Positions 51,870 to 60,323 of a stretch of 60,323 nt of DNA are shown one piece after another (positions within the stretch are counted from its first letter, which is position 1; every line of letters starts with the position of its first letter). This DNA comes from Basidiobolus ranarum (Eukaryota), in assembly GCA_040143965.1 (NCBI GenBank), contig JASJQH010006883.1, positions 1 to 60,323 on the forward strand, in the 5' to 3' direction. The position numbers and the translations under genes were made by a program. The notes below the pieces were generated by a model. It saw nothing but the letters and a program-made list of their open reading frames with translations. It was not told where the DNA came from and ran no database searches.

Positions 51870-52802
51870 ATTAACAAACCAATAGCATGGGTATACCCAC
51901 TAGTTCATCAATCACGTAGCGATTTTACTACTAGAAATGATTCAACTTCATGTATAGCAACCACACGTTGAACCAAAAACCAGGATTTCCAATGCCTTAT
52001 ATGTTCACTAATTCTTATCTTGATTTACCGCCTTTCCTGAGCAATATTCAATACTTCATATAATAAAACAAATCTTATTTCATATTCAAGATCTATACAG
52101 AACTTTTCTATCAGTGACCATAATAAATCCGCCCATGACAATAGTATTGCAATGATTGGCCTACTCCAAAGTTGGCGTATCGGTACAACTAAAGGTTAAA
52201 GCGGAGCATCTTTTGGAAGTGAACTTCTTAATCGAGTTAAGATACCCACCCAACATATAAAGAGCTAGAACGCGGGCCATTGTACTTGGAAGGTATAACC
52301 CATATGTCTAACTTGTACTTTTTGCCGTAGCCTATGCGGTAGTGGTCTACTCTGTTGAGAGACTGTTACGCCCTTTAAGGTACCGAATTGATACGCCTTT
52401 TTCTGACATCGGATTAGTTTGCCATAGTGGCCCACTTAAGAGAAGAAAGGTTAACACTGATAATTTTGGAAATGGAGTTCTTATTTCTAGACCTACAGCT
52501 CTAACCAAATTGGGTCCTAGAAGGTGATAGGTACTTTTCTAGCAACAATGCGGTATCTATAACTATCAATACCAGCACTCGACCATTTCTCACGCTGGAT
52601 TTTCTCCAGCAAATTTGAATAAACAATTGATGGTTGTGTTGAGATTGTTCCATATTACATACATACCAACTACCCCAAAGTATATTCAAAGATAATATAT
52701 ATTTGTATTATTCACTGAAGTATTGGTATATAATACTACATTGTTGTATCATATATTCCGGAATACTTGGTGAAAGAAGTAACATATTTACTGATTCCAA
52801 AT

Positions 52803-52816
52803 CAGGGTTAGGGTTA
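52803..52816. promoter_or_regulatory. Telobox/Tbf1- or HomolE-like element upstream of RPL31
   Basis: CAGGGTTAGGGTTA lies ~210 bp upstream of the pyrimidine tract (53024-53037) that probably marks the RPL31 transcription start. Confidence 0.5.
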
Positions 52817-53168
52817 ATGATGAGCTTACTAATTTTAATTTGAAGGAAAACTGGGAATTTTATTCACAAACAGCAACTCGATATTTTCCTAGGAATAATT
52901 GTAATTAAATTATGATTTTTTTTCATCATAGATCATCAACGAGAATTTCATCCATGTTCACTTCTCATTGGTTTGGTGAGAAATCAGAATCAATTGAATT
53001 AATTCGTTCAATCGTTCTCCGTATCTTTCTCTCTCTCGCCGTTTCGTAGCTAAACGACTGTATTCTTGGTAAGTAGTAGAATGCTAAATATTCATTTATT
53101 GTGAAGTAAATTGTACTGATTTTCTATTTTATCAATTTATTCTTGAATTCCATCCATCGAATTAGAAA

Positions 53169-53591
53169 ATGGCCAAGGAACAAAAGGGTACTAAGCGTTC
53201 TACTCTCTCTGACGTTGTCACCAGAGAGTACACTGTTCACCTCCACAAGCTTATCCACGATCGGTAAGTACTACAATTGCTAATGATATCGAAATATATG
53301 CTAATGATCGGTATTTATAGCCAATTCAAGAAAAAGGCTCCCACTGCCGTCAAAGCCATCAAGGCTTTTGCCGCCAAGCACATGGGTACCACCGATGTCC
53401 GCTTGGATCCTTCCGTAAACAAGCAAGTCTGGAGCCACGGTATTCGTAATGTTCAACGTCGTATTCGTGTTCGTCTTTCCCGTAGACGTAACGATGATGA
53501 AGATGCCAAGGAGAAGCTTTACACTTACGTTACTTTCGTTCCTGTCACTTCCTACAAGGGTCTTCAAACCGAGGTCGTTGAGGAGAACTAA
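53169..53591 (+). CDS. RPL31: 60S ribosomal protein L31 (eL31)
   Basis: [49 protein letters not shown]...[18 protein letters not shown]. Coding intron 53264-53320 and a probable 5' UTR intron 53069-53165. Confidence 0.97.
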
Positions 53592-54610
53592 ATGTTCCTT
53601 GAATTCTTTCAGCTAGTCTATTACAGACTAGCAACCACAAAAACAAATATACTATTAAAACAATGTCTTCTGTGATGTTTTATTCATATTTAAAGGTTAT
53701 ATAGCATATTGTCGAGCATAGTTTGCTTGAAAAATACCCATAGACAATGTCGTTGATATTCTACATTCGTATTCAGTCGAAAGTACCGCGAAGATATTCA
53801 AATGCCTGTTTATTATGAGTGTGTGCTGGTACATTGTAGTTGTTAAAAGTTTAAATATCACCTAAATCAAATAGTTTCTATTTTGATATTATATACATTC
53901 AATTAATATCGAAATTTGCATCCGATAGTTTGTACCTTGAAGTATCTGTAAAAGCCAACACATCCATCCTCTATTATCACTTTTTGGATAGTTTCAGGAG
54001 TGCTGATATCAGGTGAGTATATGGCTAGTCTTTAGGTGTTCACTAAATGCATCATAATGTTTAGAGAGATAGTTTGGGGGGCGGGGGAGGAGTTATCATC
54101 AATGAGTGTGTTGTGAGGCTTTGAATGCACTTGGATAGTTCATATTGAGCTAGTTGGTTAATTTGTCCATATTGATTGGGATATACGCTCAATTATTAAA
54201 ATTGGAAAAACAATGATCGATTACATCAGATTCTAGTGTTGCTCAAGTCGAAATGGTAGCATTGATGTATTTTGAATCCCAATTAATATCGTAAATTCCC
54301 ATATGATGAAGTATTATCATGACTAGCTTTTTAGCCCAGGTGATGACGGATCTCTATGTGTATTCGCGACATATGTTTACAGTATGCGAATATTTTAGTT
54401 ACAAGTAAAATATATTACAAAAGTTATTGAGATCTTCATCATCAAACGGAGGGCCAATCTGAAGCTGCATATCATCAAGACGATTGATTGTGCTCTTCCG
54501 TAAGCGGTCTCAATTTCAATCTCTTCCCAGAAAGTATTCACCTTAAAAACAATAACCTCCTAACTTTAACAAAAGCCATAGATTTTGCTTACTTATACTT
54601 TGCTAAACAT

Positions 54611-56767
54611 ATGACAAACTCAACGGGAACATCTTCAAGAAGAGCCACAACTCAATCTTTGGGTTTTAGCTTTGGCTCCTCTCGTTCCGTTTCTTCCACC
54701 TCTACACCAGTTCGCCCCAGCATCTCTAGTTCTCCAGTTGTTACTTCCACACATAATCCAGTCGCACGTCCAAAGCTTCCAAAATATTTGGAAGATACAG
54801 CATATGCTGAGGTGTTGGATACTGCTCATAGTGATCTAGCCGCTGATCCTAGCCAAATAGACCTTCCGCAACTTCCCACTAGTTGGAATGGTAAAGACAA
54901 ATGTAACCTTCTAGAATTATCTGCTGATGGTCTCAGGGTTAACTATATTGGTATGAGAAAACTTATTTTATTTTATATTCATACTTTATGTCGATGTCAA
55001 AAGTAGGAAATTTATCGGTATATTTCTTAAATAGGAACCGGTAAATCTGATAATGACGCAGCAGCGGTTAGGTCTAACCACTCTATGCCACCACAATGTG
55101 GAATATTTTATTTTGAAGTGGAGATTATAAGCAAAGGAAGAGATGGGTTTGTAGTCAAGTCCCCCTTCATTTTACTTGTGAGCCAAATTCTGAAATATAT
55201 TACGTAGGTATATTGGAATTGGGTTTTCTACTCATGGTGTTTCTTTAAGTCGTCTGCCAGGCTGGGATCCTAGCTCTTGGGGATACCATGGTGATGATGG
55301 CCATTCCTTTTGTTGTTCAGGAACTGGTAAACCATATGGACCTATGTATTCCACTGGCGATGTCATTGGTTGTTGTGTTAATTTTCGTGATGGTTCTGCT
55401 TTCTATACCAAGAATGGAGTGTTTTTAGGTAGAAATTGCCTATATAGCTATCTATACATTGTTACTTTATGATATTAATCAAAGTACTACTCTCTATAGG
55501 TATCGCTTTCAGAGATTTAAAGGGAACTTTATTTCCTTCTGTTGGCTTTAGAACACCTGGAGAGCAGATTGAAGTGAATTTTGGTCAAAGAAGATTCAAG
55601 TTTGATATAGAAAATTACATGAAGGTTAGTATGATTACTACAATAGATTGTATCGAAACTTCATATTAAATACCCTTTCATTATTACAGGAAGAAAAAAC
55701 CAAATTATGGAATCTAATTAATGCAACTCCAATTCCACCAATCTCTCAACCTTCACAAGTGGTCCCTCAACACAACACCATCTCTTCCGAGAACAATCTT
55801 CCTAGCATACTGAATGAGCTTATACTTTCTTATATGGTTCACCATGGGTACAGTGAAACTGCTAAAACATTTGCAAAAGATGTTATGGGAAGTCAGGATA
55901 GTTACGATTCGGTCATGGGCACCAGCTTAAACAATAGTGAAGCTGATGTTAGAAATAGACAAAGTAAATACAGTAACTTCTCCGATTTGTTTCTTGATCG
56001 CTAGTTTACTAAATTTATTACTATTAGAAATTCGTGGCTATATATTAGATGGAGATATTGATTCCGCAATACAACTAAGTAACGAGTGTTATCCCGATGT
56101 TCTGAAGAATAACGAGCCTATACTGTTTCGACTTCGTTGTCGTAAATTCGTAGAAATGATGCGAAAAACCGTTGTTAACTCCTGTAGTAATGGAAAGGAA
56201 GAAAATGATGATGCGATGGAAGTCGATAATACTAAAGATGAAACTCGTGGTCGAAAGAGAAGGTTAAATACTGAAACCGACTTGAACGCTTTATTGGAGG
56301 CAATGAAGTATGGCCAAGAGCTACAAAATGACTACAAAGATGACGATCGTGAGGACGTTAAGAAAACGTTAGTGGTAATATTTTCTTCACAATAGCTTGC
56401 TCCATACCATATCAATTATACTCAAATGAGGATATCCTATCAATTTTTTATTAGGAAACCTTCTCTCTACTGGCATATCCCAATCCCCAAGATAGTGTCG
56501 TAGCTCATTTGCTTGATTCTGCTTGTAGAGAACCAGTTGCTAACACTCTGAATAGTGCAATCCTAGGTGAGTATTGGTAGAGCATCATTGTTCAATTCGG
56601 TTAAATTCTTATCTGTATTTCATGACTATCTAGTATCCCAAAACCGGCCACCTATTCCTCCTCTTGAGCAAACGTTCCGACAAACCTGCGTAGTCGTAAA
56701 GGACCTCGTAAAGCAAGGGGTTGGCAATAGTGCTTTTGTCAATGTGCACAAAGACTGTTTATTATAG
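54611..56767 (+). CDS. RANBP9: RanBP9/RanBP10-like (Gid1/Vid30) CTLH-complex subunit: SPRY, LisH, CTLH, CRA
   Basis: [58 protein letters not shown] (SPRY), [18 protein letters not shown] (LisH), [10 protein letters not shown]...[12 protein letters not shown] (CTLH) and FSLLAYPNP...[10 protein letters not shown] (CRA). Confidence 0.9.
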
Positions 56768-57459
56768 GCGAACCCCCAATAGGCTTTGAACAAATGGTTA
56801 CTCGATCTAAATACGGAATCTTCAGTAAATATTAACCCTTTAGTTTAGAAGAATGTTTAATTTGAAAGATACTTTCGTTCAAAGGCAAAATGGATTCCGA
56901 AAACGATATTCTTGTGTGATTATTATGGGAAAATTAGCATTCCACCACATCACTCATTGTCACTTCACTCAAACCCTAACCAAATTCGATTCTCTTATGG
57001 AGTAACGTTTTTCGAATCCTGTGTATACATACATATTCTTTTGTTCCTAACGTATATCTCTACCATTTGCTAGGACTACGCCCTATATTCTTTTGTTTTA
57101 TTTGATCCCTCATCTTTATTCCTTTTACATTTGTCTGTTTAATCTTATCCCAAGAGAATTACTATCTTCACTTAATAAAAACCAATGTAAAAATGATTGA
57201 TAAAAAGGTCCACGACATGGCTAGGTGTGTTCATGTCTGAATATTACTGTATCCAATACACTCTACTTACAATTTATTACGATTGAACTGGGCAAAAACA
57301 ATGTATTTGAGGTGATGGCATAGAAAAAGAATAACCAAGAAATATCATACATATTAAATGGGTAACATACATATATTGAATGGCAAGAGGATAGATGTAA
57401 TTTTCTAAAGAATGAGACATGTAGAAGGATTCAACCAAATATCAATAATGGAATCATTT

Positions 57460-59027
57460 TTAGAACCATTGCCTGTAGGTCACAATATATGTTAACAAAA
57501 GTCCAAGGAGGTAAAGAGGACTGACTGATAAATTAAATCCTTGAGAAGGTGGAAGAATTGATAGAGTATTGCAATTTGGGGTAACACCATAATCCACGTT
57601 TGATGGATCCTTGCTTGGACAGCTAAATTGGAAGAATGCTGGACAACTTCGAACCACATCCCAGCAAAGATCTAAGCATGGTAAATACTCCATAAAAGCG
57701 TTGGTATCATTAAGAGTGAAGGGACCGACTGAATATGTGGGATTATCGTTACGAAATTGTAATCCAGGGGCTTCACCACCTGGGGGTGTACCAGTAGCAC
57801 ATCTGGGAATTGTGATGGCACAAATCCAGGTTTTATATGCCTTTCGACAATCATCACAGGTTCGAAGTGGGGAATAAACGGTACTACAATCAAACCGTTT
57901 TAAAGCATCTTCAAAGCTTTGATATCTCTCGTTAGCAAATGCATCATATCTTTCGGTTAGTACTTTTTGGTCAGTAATGTTATTTGGTGACGGTACAGAA
58001 TAGTTGACATCGGTACAGAATTTGGTAGGCTGTATTACTCTGCAGTTACTTTCTTTAACATGATATTAGTATAGCTATATTAGAATGTAAGCCCATATTG
58101 GTATATTTACCTGCTTGTGCTGTTCCAAAAGATACGCTATTTGTAATTCTTCGGTATTGAGTATGACCCGTAGATTCTTCGGTGTAGAAGATTCGATATT
58201 TGGAGTTAACTTCAAGGTTATCAACATGAAAGCGAACTACTTCTTGAGCTACATCTCTCTTAACATGGAAAGACTTAAGAGATTTTTTGGATAACATACA
58301 GAGCGGCATCCAAGTAGATGTCTCATTCTCCGGGAGGACGTACGCTTTAAGAACGGTTTGTTTTTTCGAACTTTGAATGGCTGAAAAAGCTGCAGTATTA
58401 TGGTCTGTATCGTGAAGGATTACTGTCGTAGAACTCTGGTTTTCCATAAAACCTAGATTGTACAGATATAGATATTTAGTAAATAGGGTGAGGGAGGGGG
58501 ATTCTAACTCAAACCTCTATGTAGATAATACCTGTAACTGAAGCACTGAGCTCATATTGCCAAAAATTCTCTTCAGAACTAGAACTTTCAAGCTTGGGAG
58601 CATGTACGCTGAGGTAAAGATTTTTGGTAGAAGGGGTAATACCTTCAACAACCAAACGAACATATTCTAAACCAACCTCTTTCTTGAACTTCAAATCTGA
58701 TTTATCCACTTGTATCGTATCAGGTCCTGGTGTGGAGTCAGTTTGAGAAATATATAAATCCAATGGTTTTAATTGTTTAGTGGACGCCGGCAAGGTGCAT
58801 ATAGATAATGTCAGGTACAAGTTGAATGCTTTAGGTGTAGATTTATCATGAAGTAGTGGATTCAAAGGATTCGAAGGGTCAAAATAATAATTTGCGATTT
58901 CACCGTTATGTACGGTACCAGAAATAATGGTGTTTTTAACTAAGGGTGTGGTAATTAGTGAGCAGTTAATGGACAATTTAACAGTGGTGAGAATGAATAA
59001 TACTCCAAATAATGCTTTATTCCTCAT
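57460..59027 (-). CDS. MID1: Mid1, regulatory subunit of the Cch1 Ca2+ channel
   Basis: Signal peptide, LYLTLSICT, and a Cys-rich region NCRVIQPTKFCTDVNYSVPS...FDCSTVYSPLRTCDDCRKAYKTWICAITIPRC...EYLPCLDLCWDVVRSCPAFFQFSCP. Exons 59027-58532, 58452-58111 and 58052-57460. Confidence 0.88.
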
Positions 59028-59718
59028 TAGAATGTGCTGATATACGCAGGCTATTGCAGCCGTTCTAAAAAATGTTGAAGTTATTCGAGAAGCCTTAAAA
59101 AAATTGACGTCTAATTTTTATCACCAAATGTACTTGGTTAATTAATCATTATGTTGAGAACTACTAAATATGGGGAAGATGGGACTAGTGCCATAATGAA
59201 ATTAGTAAAGCAGTCAGAATACAGATCACTGCGCGATAAACCACTGACATATCTTCTAGTGAGATTTGAAACAAATGTCTATGCTGTATAATAAGACATC
59301 CATTGCCGCATTGCCGTCATAAGAGCTTTAAGCTGTCTCTTAATAGAAGGTTCGATCTAATTCGGAGTAGTTTATCCATCGAATTGATAAATGCGAGTGT
59401 GGATTACGTTACTGATGCTTGTTGGCTAAAGCAACCTCACAAATACTGGTATTCTATTTTCGCCCAATCATTACTCACCATCTGGCTCTCGATGACCACA
59501 TACTGTTTTAATCGATGCTAAAGATTCTGATTTAAATGGTAACCGCTTTTAAACTCAAACTCATCTTTATCATACATTTATTTAAATCCTTTAACGAGGC
59601 AGCACTTCATTCAACCTTATAGTTTTCTTTTAGTCAACGTTTTATATATCTGTCTGTATATCGTTTCTCAGCTACAACCCCACTTTTCAAATAGCTAAAT
59701 TTTTGACTCTTTCTTGTA

Positions 59719-60323
59719 ATGAGTTCTCCAAATAACGCAATTCAAATTTACGTGAGGTCACCCAATAGCACAATTCCTAACGACTATCATATTACCACAA
59801 CTCCCGAAGATAATATAGCATCTGTTAAACAAAAAATCCATGATACCTTGGAAGTTCAACCCAATGTTGAAGACCAACGTCTAATCTTTCAAGGAAAGAT
59901 TCTGTCAGATCAAGATTTGATTAAGAACGTACTTAAGAAGGTAACCTATTACTAGCACAATATTCCCACTAAAGTTTCCACTAACATCCTGGCACAGGTC
60001 GATCAATCGATGCCTCAAATATTCCATTTAGTAGTTAAATCAGGACTCACTACAGAGCCCCTAGCTCAAACTATTACTCCCGTTAACCAACCTCAAAGCA
60101 GTTATGGCATTAACTCCACCAACTCCTTTTTCCGTCATCGCTTCCAGTCGCAATTTGATTCCTCTTTCGAAAATTCTTTCTTTCAATCTGCACCCGTACC
60201 CCTACCAACTGGTCCCAATTTCAATACACCTATATCCCAAAATACGCCAGTTCACCCATATCTAGCAACTACTTTGGGCTTACCACCTCAATATCAATAC
60301 GTCTTGATCAAGTAAGTAACATA
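59719..60323 (+). CDS. HERP/Usa1-like protein with N-terminal ubiquitin-like domain; 3' end outside window
   Basis: IQIYVRSPN...VKQKIHDTLEVQPNVEDQRLIFQGKILSD..|..QIFHLVVK, followed by a Pro/Gln-rich region. Intron 59941-59997; another intron starts at 60312. Confidence 0.7.

Noticed and set aside
54300-54465. C/D-box-like motifs (atgatga, gtgatga, ctga)
   Set aside because: Spacing is too long, there is no terminal stem, and no recognisable rRNA-antisense guide.

Overview
Gene-dense, AT-rich eukaryotic DNA with short GT-AG introns. The gene content (DASH Duo1, Mid1, VTC subunits, a Pcl cyclin and a hybrid histidine kinase, alongside a CENP-E-like kinesin and EAF) points to an early-diverging, non-Dikarya fungus; this is inference only. 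About 21 protein-coding genes are supported: a hybrid histidine kinase (3' part), C2H2 transcription factor, EAF, alpha-arrestin, Pcl1/2-like cyclin, Med16, CENP-E-like kinesin-7, Prp40, Duo1, Sil1, a PlsC-family acyltransferase, RanGAP, an amino-acid transporter, PLD1, Aim19, a Vtc1-like protein, Vtc4, RPL31, RanBP9/10, Mid1 and a HERP-like Ubl protein (5' part). The main accessory region is about 7.4-15 kb and holds five copies of a ~330-345 bp TGTT...AACA-bounded repeat. Two copies form an inverted pair enclosing an intact cyclin gene (~5.7 kb), and two others form a compact 776 bp foldback. Other highlights are a head-to-head VTC1-like/VTC4 pair, a CENP-E-like motor with an RRxTW motif and a C-terminal CaaX next to Duo1, a probably kinase-dead HATPase domain, a three-WW Prp40, and a 9-nt microexon carrying the PLD catalytic His. 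No tRNA, rRNA or CRISPR was found. Exon boundaries were inferred by eye.
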